Below are positions 12,278 to 24,123 of a stretch of 64,000 nucleotides of DNA, piece after piece (positions within the stretch are counted from its first letter, which is position 1; every line of letters starts with the position of its first letter). Under the pieces are notes generated by a model. It did not search any database and was not told where the DNA came from. It saw nothing but the letters and a program-made list of their open reading frames with translations. The DNA comes from Lama glama (lineage: Eukaryota). The stretch covers positions 72,914,001 to 72,978,000 of the forward strand of contig CM052816.1 in the NCBI GenBank assembly GCA_028534125.1. The letters run 5' to 3'. A program made the translations under genes and the position numbers.

Positions 12278-14262
12278 CTTTGACAACCATTCAATTCAGA
12301 GTAGACTGTATTCTCTTTCAGCATGTATTACTCCATCAATCCCCTCAATATTTTTATTGCCATTTTGGGCAGAGTCTAGTTCCCAAACAATTTAGCCTTC
12401 TCTGCCAGTGATCTTCTGATTTTTGAAATTTGACCACTGGCAGTTTCAGTCGATTATAAAATTAACAGAACAACAAGGTTGGTATGGTTGCCAGTGACCC
12501 TAACAACCTCCTGGAGGTGTATGTCCAGAATAGTGGAAGTTCTGACAGTAGCATATTGCTTTCTGAGGACTATGAGAATGGAGCAACCAGGAATGGTGTG
12601 TCTTCCATTCAATGTAAGATTTACTAGATCAGCAAGATTTTTCTCTCTTGTTTACCAAATTCCGCAGTGCCTAGAGAATAGGTGCCCAATAAATTTTTGT
12701 TGAACGACTGAAAACCATATTGTATTAAGAAGTCTTGCCATAACTGGAACCATTTCACTTGGAGATGTGGACAAACAGTGGAGAGGTTTCTGTTTGCAAG
12801 TGCTTGAAAAGATGGCTTACTTCCACTGGCTCAAGAGGGTAGAATTATAAAATTAAATACTCAATCTTTAACTTTCTGTAATACTCCCATACTCAGAGTA
12901 TTTGGTAATGTTCTCTGTCTCATTAGGGACCTGACTCTTTATACTAAACTGTGTAACTACATCTGAACACAGGCCTCTACCATATGCCCATAAAGCATCA
13001 TCTTGACATACAACTAACGAGACAAGGTCTTCCTCCAAAAACTGCTGCTCTATGACCCCCACCCCCTTGCCATGATAAGTAAGGCTGGGAGTTTTAACCT
13101 TAATCATTTTCACACATCCTGTATGAACCCAAGATGGATATTCAGTCAAGTTGATTACCTGGTGCATACCTGCTAACATAATTAGGACTAGAATATGATG
13201 TTTTGCTCATTTACTAAACTAAAAATAGCTTAAACCAAGTGTAGCACCAATGTTTGAACAGTCAGATACCTTTTGGGTACTTTGAACATCATATTCTTAT
13301 TAAATCAAGCACTGCTACCTTAATTCATTTTTTCTATGCTTTAGTTCAGTGATTCTGTGGGAACTAGATAGCCTAGAAACCTACATTTTTAACAAACACC
13401 CAGGGTGTAGCTGGTAGGTGGTAGACAACACTTTGAGAGACAATGCCTTGAGGAGAAATTAAATGAAGCTGGTTTCTGGATATTTATTCTCTTGTGTTGT
13501 GCATTTTCATTTGAGTTAAAAGTTTCTAAGCTTAATTACGCTCTATGGGAAAGCTAGTAAAAAGTTCTATTGACATTTCCAGGTTAACTCTTTAATGTTG
13601 ATATAGGCAGAAAGTCCTATTACTTATGATCTTCCTCCAAGCAAACACAGGAATTATTTAAAGAAGCCTCCCATTCAGCCTTCAATATAGAACCTGGAGA
13701 TAAAGCTTCTATATGTCTCTCCAGTCATAACCTCAAATCATACCTGGCAGAATCTTTCCCTGTTGTACACAACTACAACCTTAAATGTTAGATATTCTTT
13801 GTTTAGATATTCAAGAACTAAATTGGAAGTCAGGTAGAAATATTTAATGCCACACCTCCAACAATTTCTTCTGTTTTTATTCCTGGATCTCCAGTCTTCT
13901 CATCTCTACTAGTGAGTGCCCTTGAGGTAATTAGCCCATTTTCTCTCCTCCCTGCTCTTAAACATGTTTTCTTGCCGATATTCTCTGTCACTCTAACTTT
14001 CCTAATTTCATGAGTTCCATTTTCTGTATTCACTGTTGAGAAGACTTTAAATATTCTTTTTCCCCCCTAAGTAGGAGTGATTCTCTTAGTCAAACTCAGA
14101 TCACCTTAAGTTTTATAAATTTATGCTTATAAGTGAATGTGTGCTTCATTCTGAAGAACTAAAAAGAGCTACTTCATGAGTCCACAAGGATACAAAAATA
14201 AGCATATAAAGAGATATGCTGAAGCCAGGTGCAAAGTAAAAAGACTGGGGGGGAATTGTAGG

Positions 14263-14323
14263 AGATAAAATGAGTCAGCAAATAGGTAATACCAGAACTG
14301 AGCTAATTAAGCTCACTGAGTCA
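14263..14323. promoter_or_regulatory. Candidate enhancer: GATA + NF-E2/NRF2 (MARE/ARE) + homeodomain + AP-1
   Basis: AGATAA 14263-14268, ATGAGTCAGCA 14270-14280, TAATTA 14304-14309 and TGAGTCA 14317-14323. Motif match only. Confidence 0.35.
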
Positions 14324-14644
14324 GAAGGTAGAAGACAGTACATTAACAAGGCCAGTGGAAAAGGTATGGAGAGCTGGGACATTAGAAGGAAACCAAAGCG
14401 GGCAGTGAACTGCAAACTCAAGAGAGTGAGAAACTGCATCGTTTCATCTTAGTGACTTAGGAGAACGAAGACACATAATTTTTTTTTCAGTCCTTCATGG
14501 ATCAGGGAAAATGAAAAGAGAAGGAAATATTTATAAAAGGAATGTGTTTTTTGTTTTTGTTTTTATCCATAGTTGCCATTGGCATTGAAGAAAATAACTT
14601 CTTTTACCCTTCCAACCACTTACTTCAAGGTAATTACAGTGGTT

Positions 14645-14983
14645 TCTTGAATTAAACAAGGAGGACATTTGACTGAGGTGCTTCTAATACCACAGCAGCC
14701 TAGAAAGCAAACTGAAACCTGCATGTGTCATCGCCTCAAGGTTAAAAATCAAAATCTAAGGACAATCAAGCTCAGACAACTTGGCTTTTCCAAATAAGGC
14801 AAATGCTTAAGATACAGCCAATCAGATCACTTTTTTGCTTTACTTTTTCTCTATAAAAGTCTTTCCACTAGCTCCTGTCCACGGACTGTTCCTAACCGCT
14901 TCAGTTTGGCTCTGCGATTCTGATTAATTTTTGCCCAAATAAACTCTTAAAAATCTTAATATGCCTCAGCTTATGTTTTAACA
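14645..14983 (+). mobile_element. MER57-like ERV1 solo LTR with intact core promoter motifs
   Basis: CCAAATAAGGCAAATGC, AGCCAATCAG, TATAAAAG, AATAAA and terminal TTTTAACA in canonical U3-R-U5 order. Confidence 0.8.
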
Positions 14984-14989
14984 GGAAAC

Positions 14990-15060
14990 CTGTTCTATTT
15001 TCAAATGAGGAAACTAAGACTCAGGGAAGTTAAAGAACTCATCCAAGATCACATGGCTAT
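14990..15060 (-). mobile_element. MIR fragment
   Basis: ATTTTCAAATGAGGAAACTAAGACTCAGGGAAGTTAAAGAACTCATCCAAGATCACATGGCTA. Confidence 0.75.
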
Positions 15061-15739
15061 TTAAATATATTTAAATATTTAAACCCAACATTCATGTTTC
15101 TTTCTTTCTGCCAAAAAAAATTAAAATAAAAATCACAAATTCAAAGAGCCTGAAAGAAGACACTACAACTTCGAAAATATACAAACTGTATAATCTAAGA
15201 TTCATTCATTCATTCAAAACTACTTGAGCAGCAATAAACATTCCATGGGTGCTACAGGTTCTGAAGAAATAGCAATGGACAAGATAGACAAATGATTGGC
15301 ACTAAACACTCTGTGTGTCTCCGATTTGCTTGCCTGTATTTGGTCCTATTTTGCTTTGCTTTAACTCCAGTAAAGTAGCTGAAGTAAAGTACACCATGCC
15401 TGAGGAAGAGAAGAGAATAGAAATGAAAATAGTAAGGCTTGGAAATGTAGCCAAGATCAAACTTCCCCTTTGCGTGGGTTGGTAGCAACAAAAGTAACAT
15501 GAAAATAAGGAGACCTGGAGTATCATCAAGGAAGGGATTTTCACTTCACTGCTCCATTACACCGGGATCAAGAAAGGATTTAAAGCTATAAATACTAAAC
15601 AGTGGAGTTGTTATAGAAATTTGCATGAGCCCTTTGATTTAGACAAAAGACAAAAAAACATAAGTAATTAGAACTCTCCAAGGAAATAAAATAGAAGAAA
15701 ATGGAAAGTGAGTTTATGATATTATATTTGGTTTTAGCC

Positions 15740-16630
15740 ATTTTTCCCTCTTTTATTGTTTATTTTGGATTAATTGGGACTTTTTCTGTCTTTTCATCTC
15801 ATCTGTTGACTTACTAGCTCTTTTTGTTGCCCTACTTATGTGGTTGCTTTAAGCTTTACATGATGCATATTTATCTGATCACGTTCATCCGCAAGTTTTA
15901 TTTGACTACTTCACATACAGTAGGGGAACCTTACAATCGCATACTCTCATTTCTTTTCTCCAGGCCTTTGTGCTCTTATTATTTATAAATTTAACTTCTA
16001 TATATGCTATAAACTTTCTATCCATTGTTACTGTCTTTTCTTTGAACAGTTGATTATCTATGGAGGGAATAAAATTTTTTAAATTATAATTACGCATGTA
16101 TTAACCATTTCTGATTCTCTTCATACCTTTATATAGTTTCCATCTTTTATCATTTTCATTCTGCCCTGTGTGAACTTCCAGACTTTTCACTCTAATCCTT
16201 ACAGCTGTCTTTCCCCAGCCCGGAATAGTTTCCTCACCTGCACGTGCTGATCTGAGTACTTGAGTGTGACCCCCTGCAGTTGTCTGGAGTTGTCGTTAGC
16301 TGCACCTTCCTCCTCCCCAATACTCTGGGGACCTGTACGTTCTGACCACCTTGTCGTCCTCACAGCTCTGTCTCCTCAACTGAAGAGGTCTGGTTGACTC
16401 TGCCTGGGATCCCCTTCCAGAGCCACTGCCTGGAATCTTTCTTCAGGCTGGGGCAATTATAGGTCTCACCTCGTTTGTTTCTCACTTCTCAGGGGTCTCT
16501 GACCCTTGTTGCCTGCTGCTCAATGACTTGAATGTGATTTCTCTCATATAGTTTGCCCAAAATTTTAGACATTTCAGGTGAGCAGATCTACTTGGTACTT
16601 GGTACTCCATCTTGACCTGAAGCAGAAGTC
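15740..16630 (-). mobile_element. Old L1 (L1M4/L1MC/L1MD-type): 5' UTR plus inter-ORF fragment
   Basis: The reverse complement of ~16630 reads GACTTCTGCTTCAGGTCAAGATGGAGTA, the old-L1 5' terminus. 15740-16160 resembles the inter-ORF/ORF2-proximal region of the same class. Confidence 0.7.
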
Positions 16631-16659
16631 CAAAGCTGTATTATTTTATTTAACAACTC

Positions 16660-16850
16660 TCTTACACTACTTACTATGTGTCAATCACTTGTTACGTGTT
16701 TTGCAAATTTATCATATATAATTCTCATCACATCCATCTCTGGTAGCCACGGCTACCCCCCTACCCATTTTATAGATGGGAAAACTGAGGCATATAGGGG
16801 ATAAGAAACTAGTTTAAGATCACATCAATAAATGAGGCAGCTGGTTTTAA
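16660..16850 (-). mobile_element. MIR SINE
   Basis: CCCATTTTATAGATGGGAAAACTGAGGCATA...AAGATCACA. Confidence 0.8.
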
Positions 16851-17334
16851 CTACTGAGGAGTACTGACCTGTAGAGAGCAGCCACTAAAATGTATTTCAC
16901 AGATACTGGCCTTCCTAGTTTGACCCCAAGTATTCTCAGGGCCATAATCAGGAGGAGGTGGAGAGAAAAGTAATGCCTGATAACTCTACCTTAGCACCTG
17001 AGTTTTTAGATCCCTGTTTCCATAATATACCAGGAACTTCTGACATTTCGAATTCTTTTAGAGTAAGTCACTACTGAGTCCAGGTTTTGGTCAGTCAATC
17101 AAGATGACAATTAGAAATATTTTAAACTGTTTAACCAAGACAATTAACCTAAAATCTTAGGTAATATTTCAGTAATCAAAACCCACTTGGCAATTATACT
17201 CCTCTTTACCAAATGTAATACTCTCTGAAGCAATTTCCACATGTATTTTTACTGGATTTTTTACTGGATTGATAAATGTATTGCAGTTCTTTTGGTGTTG
17301 ACTCATCTTCATCTGATGTCGGCTTTACTGACCT

Positions 17335-17336
<2 letters not shown>

Positions 17337-17370
<34 letters not shown>
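17337..17370. repeat. (AC)17 microsatellite
   Basis: Read directly from the sequence. Confidence 0.97.
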
Positions 17371-17375
<5 letters not shown>

Positions 17376-17704
17376 GACACAGACACACGCCACTCAATCC
17401 CCAGAGGGGGAATCTAACAGTATTTAGTATTTAAAGCTCTGGAGACAGCGATGGATGATGGAGTTTAGGTGTATAGGAAATGACTTTCCCTTGCAAGGTA
17501 ATTATCTCAATCAAGATTTTAAAGTAAGAGAATGATTTTAGTCGACAATGTATTGAAGATTTGGGGTAGTTGGATTTGTTCTTCCTCTTACTATATATTT
17601 TCCATTCCAATTTTCAAGTACTCCTTATTTCCTAATTATTTTGTTGTTTTCTTTTTTTTTCTTCCAAAAGGTTTCTGTTCATTTTACTGATATCATCAGC
17701 TGAC

Positions 17705-17860
17705 ACACAAAATAGTTAATTTTAATGAAGTCAATTTTATTTTATTTTTTTTCCTTTTTGCAACTTCTACTTTTGGTGTCATGACTAAGAAATCAATGGC
17801 CAACCCAAGGTCACAAAGTAAATGTATATCCTTCTAACAATGTTATACTTTTAGCACATG
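17705..17860 (-). mobile_element. L1 ORF2 fragment
   Basis: TTAATTTTAATGAAGTCAATTT...TTTTGGTGTCATGACTAAGAAATC...CCAACCCAAGGTCACAAAG. Confidence 0.7.
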
Positions 17861-18136
17861 GTGCTGTCAACCAGGCTCAGATGGCAAACACAAGGATTAA
17901 TCTATTGCACAATTTCGTGAAGACCACATACCTGTAAATACACACATATCTGCATACACAAAGCTATAAATGGCAGAAATCTTTAAATTCATTTAAGATC
18001 AGCATTGTTTTCAAGGTTTAAGGTGTAGATATGAGTCATGTTTACAACCAGCATGATATGCGACTTGTTTTTTTCATTTTTTTAACATAGGTTTTGATTA
18101 CTATTTTCTTTTTGTTGTTGTTGTTTTCCCAATAGC

Positions 18137-18381
18137 TATTTATTTATTTAATTTTTTTTACACACTCATTGTCACATTTTTTTCTCTGTGATTTATCATA
18201 ACATTTTGTGTATATTTCCCTGTGCTATACAGTGTAATCTTGTTTATCTATTCTACAATTTTGAAATCCCAGTCTATCCCTTCCCACCCTCCACCCCCCT
18301 GGTAACCATAAGTCTGTATTCTCTGTCCATGAGTCTTTAGATTCCACATATGAACAATCTCATATGGTATTTTTCTTTCTC
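18137..18381 (-). mobile_element. Young camelid-type L1 3' end running into the assembly gap
   Basis: Its reverse complement matches the + strand L1 at 53941-54068 with about 12 differences over ~128 bp (manual comparison). It continues into ORF2-end/3' UTR sequence TTTAGATTCCACATATGA. Confidence 0.88.
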
Positions 18382-18481
18382 NNNNNNNNNNNNNNNNNNN
18401 NNNNNNNNNNNNNNNNNNNNNNNNNNNNNNNNNNNNNNNNNNNNNNNNNNNNNNNNNNNNNNNNNNNNNNNNNNNNNNNNN
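18382..18481. other. Assembly gap (100 N; true size unknown)
   Basis: Run of exactly 100 N. Confidence 0.99.
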
Positions 18482-18955
18482 TGCATTTGTTGTTTTCTTA
18501 ACAAAAACAAAAGCAAACAAAAAAACAAGCCAGGGAAATTGTAAACTTGATCAACACTGTAACAAAGTAAATTTAATTGTCAAACTTTGCACTTGAATTT
18601 GAGCTACCTCATTCATCCAGTTTTAAATGATAAGAAAATTTAACACATTTACAGAAACTCATTTAATTCTTATCTGTGACTTGAGCCAAAATTAAGAAAA
18701 CTTTCCTGATTATTTTATTTTGTTAAGATTTGTAGAGTGATTAGAAGCCAGTCTATCTCAGAGATCTTGAATTTTTGTCGTTCTTTCTTTTAGTGTTGGT
18801 CACCTTAAATTTCTGTGTTCAACAGCATTTCGTTCCAAAAACTATGGGTGATAATGTAACTAACTTTGCCCCTAAAGATCTTGAGTCTCCAGACCTTTTC
18901 CCTTTTTAGGATCTTCAGTCTTAATTGAACCAGATAATAAATCTTGAAACTACAC

Positions 18956-19527
18956 TGTGGTAGGTGGAAGGGCCACCAAGATGTCCACACCCTAATTCCT
19001 GCATCCTGTGAATGTTTCCTGTCATATGGCAAGAGGGACTTTGAAGACATAATTAAGGCTACAGACATTAAAATAAAGAAATTAACCTAGATCATCCAGT
19101 GGGACTTAGCATACATGAGCCCTTAAAGACAAAGAATTCTCTCCCCGGAGTGAGATTCAGGAGAAGAAGTTGGAAAGAGTTGAAGCATGAGAGGTACTTG
19201 ACCCATTGGTGCTGAATGAGGACCACAAGTAAAGGAAGAAAAGGAATGCAGGCAACCTCTAGGAGTGAAGCAGGGACCTTGGTCCTACAACCTCAAGGAA
19301 CTGAATTCAATCAACAACCTGAATGAGCTTCGTAGCAGATTTATTCCCAGAGCCTCCAGAAAAGAATGCAACCCTGACAACATCTTGATTTCTGCCTGGT
19401 GACACTCTAAGGAGAGCCACACTATGCTATGACTTTTGACCTTCAGAATATGACATAATAAATTGGTGTTGTTTTAAGCTGCTAAATTCCTGGCAATTTG
19501 TTATGGCAGAGACAGAAAATGAATCCC
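18956..19527 (+). mobile_element. MLT1D/E-like MaLR solo LTR
   Basis: TGTGGTAGG...CCAAGATGTCCACACCCTAATTCCTG...AAGGAACTGAATTC...AATAAATTGGTGTTGTTTTAAGCTGCTAAATT...GTTATGGCAG. Confidence 0.88.
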
Positions 19528-20029
19528 ATCATTTTCCTGAAAATTTGTGTCTGAAACTAGTACTTACCCCAATTCCTATATCAATCAAATTCTTATTATA
19601 ATTAACAGAAACTGATTTGACCTGATTTAAATAGATTATTAATATAGATTTATTCAAGAGAGAGTAAGTTCATCACAATATCAAGAGAAAGGAAAAAAAA
19701 AACAGATTCAGAAAAAGACAAGGAACAAAAGTTAAATATCATTTCCTTGGGGCCAAAAACATGTCTGAGAACCAACAGCATGATGACATCATCTCTATCC
19801 CTCCCATGGAACAACATGTCTCAATCCACCAATTCTGCCGGCTCCAGACACTGGATGACACAGTCTTAACCACTGACCACATGGCTCCTAGCAACTGCCT
19901 GCAAGTACCACCACCATCATCACTAGAAATTAGTCTCCTATGTCAGTAGTTGCCTTTTGTGTCATTAATTGCTTCTCCTCACAAAGATAAGTCTAAAGCC
20001 TGAAAAGCTAATTAATTTTGTCGTTGTTG

Positions 20030-20130
20030 TTGTTATTTTTTAATTTTTTATCTAAGTGTAGTTGATTTAAAATGTTAGTTTCAGGTGTACAGCAAAGTGA
20101 TTCAGTTATACATCCATATATATTCAATTT
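20030..20130 (-). mobile_element. Short cetartiodactyl-type L1 3' end
   Basis: GTGTAGTTGATTTA...GTTAGTTTCAGGTGTACAGCAAAGTGATTCAGTTATACAT after a T-rich tail. Same family as the copy at 35913. Confidence 0.8.
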
Positions 20131-20912
20131 CTTGTAATAACATATTATGGAGAAGAATCTTAAATGAAAAATATATATGTAGGAGAGAAAACATTAATTG
20201 CCTGTTACTTCAACATCTAGAAATGGGTGCATTTGAATGGCTATACCTAGCTTCTGTGCATGTAGGTGAGCTGTCCTTGCAGCTGGAAAAGTGACGTGTG
20301 CTGTTTTGAGGCATAAAAAGACGTGCGCTTCACCAACCACCACTCAGCTGGGAGTTCTCCAAAAGCAGGGAGGAAGAGTTTTCAAAGGAGGGGCAGGCAA
20401 ATGTTCCCAATTATTTAGCTCACTTGCCTAAAACTTCTAGAATTCCTGTCTTGGGTTCCTTCAGACCCCTGATACAAGTTTCAGAATCTATCCTCAATTT
20501 CTTGAATTCTCGGAGGCAGCAGGGATCACAGATAACTTGCTGGGAATGTATGGTCAAAATCTGAATGTTGCCTTTTCCCCAGGAAACAGTGATATTATTA
20601 GAACAGAGACTATACAAGCATCGTAGTGGAACAAATATAAAATGTTCCCTTCGAATCTCAAGTGAGGTGACCTTGGCTGCGTCTCTACTCAGCCTTTTTA
20701 CATCTGTTTCATCAAGTGTAGAAATGGTAATGAGCTTACCTCAAATGGGTATTGATTAGTTAATGTGATATAAAGCTATTTAGAGAAATCTCTGGAGAGC
20801 TAAATGTGGATATAAGACAAACTGTGAGGGGTAGTGGACAGGGAGAATGGATTAAACGTGAGCGTGAACTTGGGTCTTACATCCCAGATACTGCCTTTTG
20901 AAGCACTGTATG

Positions 20913-21249
20913 TGTGGTGGACTGCATGTTCTTGTCTCCCCAAATGCACACTTGAAATCCTCAGTCCCAGTGTGATGGTATCAGGAAGTGGGGTCTTTCG
21001 GGATAATTATGAGTGTGACTAATGCCCTCCTAAAAGAGACCCCAGAGAACTGTCTCGCTCCTTCCACCACGTGCGGTTACAATAAGAAGTCAGCAGTCCG
21101 CAACCCAGAAGGCCCTCCTCAGACCATCACCGTTCTGCCCCCCTGATCTCGGACTTCCAGTCTCCAGAGCTGTGAGGAATCAATTTCTGTTGGCTGTAAG
21201 CGACCCAGTCTAATGTACTTTGTTATAACTGCCCAAAATGACTAAAACT
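20913..21249 (+). mobile_element. MLT1A-like MaLR solo LTR with 5-bp TSD
   Basis: GTATG (20908-20912) | TGTGGTGGACTG...GACTTCCAGTCTCCAGAGCTGTGAG...GACTAAAACT | GTATG (21250-21254). Confidence 0.9.
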
Positions 21250-21569
21250 GTATGGTAACAAGTCTTAAGAACGTGGCAAAACAAGGTAAAATCTGTTGCT
21301 GTGACATCATTTAAGCCCTCTTGTTAAAGAATTTTTTTAAATATATATATAATATATATATATTTTTTTCTCTGCTTTTTTTTACCCCTGCTGACTAACG
21401 GTGCTCTGGATGAATTGTCCTTTATCCTCTACCATTTTCCAGTCACCTCAATTCTTGATTTTCTTGGACGAGGCGCTATACTATGTGGCTCCCATAATAC
21501 TTTTCTTAAATGGCTTGTATAAGAAGCTGATTCCTTAACTTAATGGAGGCAGTGAAGTAACTTAGAGCA

Positions 21570-21830
21570 TTCTTATCCTGTTTAAATACAATCTATTCAG
21601 ATGTCAAACTACCCCACAAAATTAAATAGGATAACATAAAAAAGATGGAATGATAAATGAATAGAAAAAAGGACAGGTATATATATATATATATGTATAT
21701 AAAAGACTAAACATTGAAAACTATTCACTAAAGAATCTAGGTGGTAAGTATATCACAGTTCACTGCACAATGCTTTTCACTTGATGAAATAAATACTTTT
21801 AATTTTAAAATGAAATATTAGATAAAACAC
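21570..21830 (+). mobile_element. L1ME-like 3' end fragment
   Basis: AAGAATCTAGGTGGTAAGTATAT...GTTCACTGCACAATGCTTTTCACTT...AAAATGAAATATT. Confidence 0.55.
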
Positions 21831-22494
21831 AAAGAATGTTGGAGCTAGAAAAAGCTTTGGAGTTTATAAAGCACAAATTCATCATCACATGGCAGATTAT
21901 TGTACTTAATAAATAATTTTTGTGTGAATGAATGGAATGAATATGACAAATAAAATCATGAGTCAGGATGGATAAGGCGACTGCTAAATTGCATAGCTAA
22001 TCATTGGCAGAATCACAGCTTAATTCAGATTTTCTGAGTCCTAGACAGGTGATCATTTTATTTATTAGTCTATGTTTACAGCTGGATAACTAGCCCTAGG
22101 CTCAATTAATATGAAGCAAATTAGCTGGAGAAACACACATGTGTAAATTCTTAGGATATGGTATGGTGTCTGGCATAAATAAAAAGTGTTCCTTTCCTGT
22201 CAAGAAATGGTGTTTATGGTCGTTTAATGGGTTTTGAAATTTAATCTCAAGCTAGTAATCATTTCTAACATACCCTCACTCTAGCTCTAAGGTTTACCAT
22301 TTATGCATTAGGATTTCCCTTTGCTGCATATACATGTATGTTTGTAGGTGTATGTGTTGGGTCGGGGGAGAGGTGGTGACTGACGGTGAGGAAGGAGGGC
22401 ACAGTGGTACCTCCTCCCCTACACAACTCAAGAGGCTACACTTAGCTCTCCTTTTCTTCTCTTTCCTACATCAACAAATGACATTTTGAGACTT

Positions 22495-22796
22495 TAAAAG
22501 TTTGGGGCTGGATGTGTTTCTGAATTCAGAATATTTTAGATTTTAAAAAGATGTATTGTTTTTATGTGCACTAAATACGTTGTATCTCCAAAGTGGCATG
22601 GGTTGTGCCCCATAATCAAATATATTAAAATACCCAAATTGAAATACACCAACATTTACAACAAATGGGACAAAGAAAGACTATTAATAGCCTCACATTA
22701 ATTCCTCTCAGGTCAAGGTTTTCTCTTGAATAAGGAACCAAAAAATATTTCAAAGCTTTTTGAGTTTCCTAATTGCAGATGAGAGGTGTGGGTCTA
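22495..22796. mobile_element. Old TcMar-Tigger-like DNA transposon remnant
   Basis: TTTGGGGCTGGATGTGTTTCTGAATTCAGAAT...TAATTGCAGATGAGAGGTGTGGGTCTA resembles ancient Tigger ends. Family uncertain. Confidence 0.5.
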
Positions 22797-23129
22797 AATT
22801 GCACTCTCAGTATCGTAAAGCTTGGATTCTTGGGAAAATGAGGAGTGCTTCCCTAACATGCTGCATTCTCTTCGGTTCCCACGAGTTCTCCATTTGCAGT
22901 GAGGAAAAAAGTGAGACACTGACATAGATTACAGAAGGATTTAGATTAATAGAATATAATTTGTTCCTTTGTTTGTTTGTTTATTTCTAACTTGCTGCCC
23001 CTAGACTAGCAACTCTGCAGTTTTAAGCAGTATGCTTGGCCCACATGCTAAAATTTGGTGTTAAAAAAATGGCATGAATGATTTACCAAAGAAATTCCCC
23101 TTCTTCAACGAGCTGACCACTCTACATCA

Positions 23130-23400
23130 TTTTAGGATCAGCTCAGATGTCATCTCCCCCAGAAATGCTTCCATCACTTCTCAGATGAAATTAAATATCC
23201 ATCCAATGTGTTCCCCTAACATTCCGTGTCCGCTTTCAACATACCACTCTTTCCTGCTGTGTTTATCTACATTTATCTGTTTCCTTAACTTTCTTCTATG
23301 CTTTGAGGACAAACACTGAAACTTTTATGTATATTTGTTCTCAGCATTTGGTAGGTTCTGTATTAATTAAGTGATTCAGGTTTTAATTGAATGAGTGAGC
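23130..23400 (+). mobile_element. L2 fragment
   Basis: AGGATCAGCTCAGATGTCATCTCC...CTTTGAGGACAAACAC...TTGAATGAGTGA. Confidence 0.6.
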
Positions 23401-23967
23401 ATATAGCTGTTCATTAAATAGGCATATTGACTGATGTAATGGCACTTTTTGCTGGATCCAGTGCAGAAGCTTGAAATTGTTGGATGAAATTAACTTTAGT
23501 CTATGTTAGTCTCTTCCAGGTAACAGGGAAAGAGGAGCAGAATACCTTTATTTATTGGACAAGAATATTCCTGGAAGTAAAGATATCATGGAACTGACCT
23601 CCCTTCCAGATTTTTTCCAAGGATAGAAATCATGTATCAGAATGCAATGTGCTTCTGCAGGTCTTTGCTCCAATGCTCTGCTTCCATAGACACTCAATCA
23701 CTCTTGTCTCTGTCTGCTGCTTATACGGCTGTCGCCACCTCTAAATAACTTAACTCACTTTCTCTTGCCTTTCTATTTCTATTTATTTATGTCTTCCAAA
23801 GCTTCATGATTTGAGGGGTATCTCTTTTGTAGAGAAATTTTCTGCCTTGGTCTCCCAGTTTTAAATCACAAAAAAAAAAATTAAGATAAATTTTTTATCT
23901 TGTCCATAGATACCAATTAGTGCTGAGAATTTCCACTTAACAAAGTTATCATAAGAAGTCATGGGCA

Positions 23968-24123
23968 AGGGGGAGGAGAGTATAGCTCAGTGGTAGAGTG
24001 CGTGCACGAGGTCCTGGGTTCAATCCCTAGTACCTCAATAAATAAATAAATAAAATCTAATTACCTCCTTCCCCCTACCACCACCCCAACAACAACAAAG
24101 CTTTTTTTTTTTAATTTAAAAGA
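23968..24123 (+). mobile_element. tRNA-Ala-derived SINE (camelid Vic-1 type) with 15-bp TSD
   Basis: A box TAGCTCAGTGG 23983-23993, B box GGTTCAATCC 24017-24026, and (AAAT)n + CTAATTACCTCC tail. TSD AAGAAGTCATGGGCA at 23953-23967 and 24124-24138. Confidence 0.92.

Noticed and set aside
11135..13179. ORFs 11135-11455 (+, 106 aa) and 12868-13179 (-, 103 aa) as exons or endogenous viral elements
   Set aside because: No similarity to any cellular or viral protein I recognise, and lengths are within chance range. A BLASTX search would settle it.
18248..18544. ORFs spanning the N run
   Set aside because: Open only because of unknown bases.
23975..24036. tRNA-Ala gene
   Set aside because: Anticodon loop deleted; SINE tail and TSD present.
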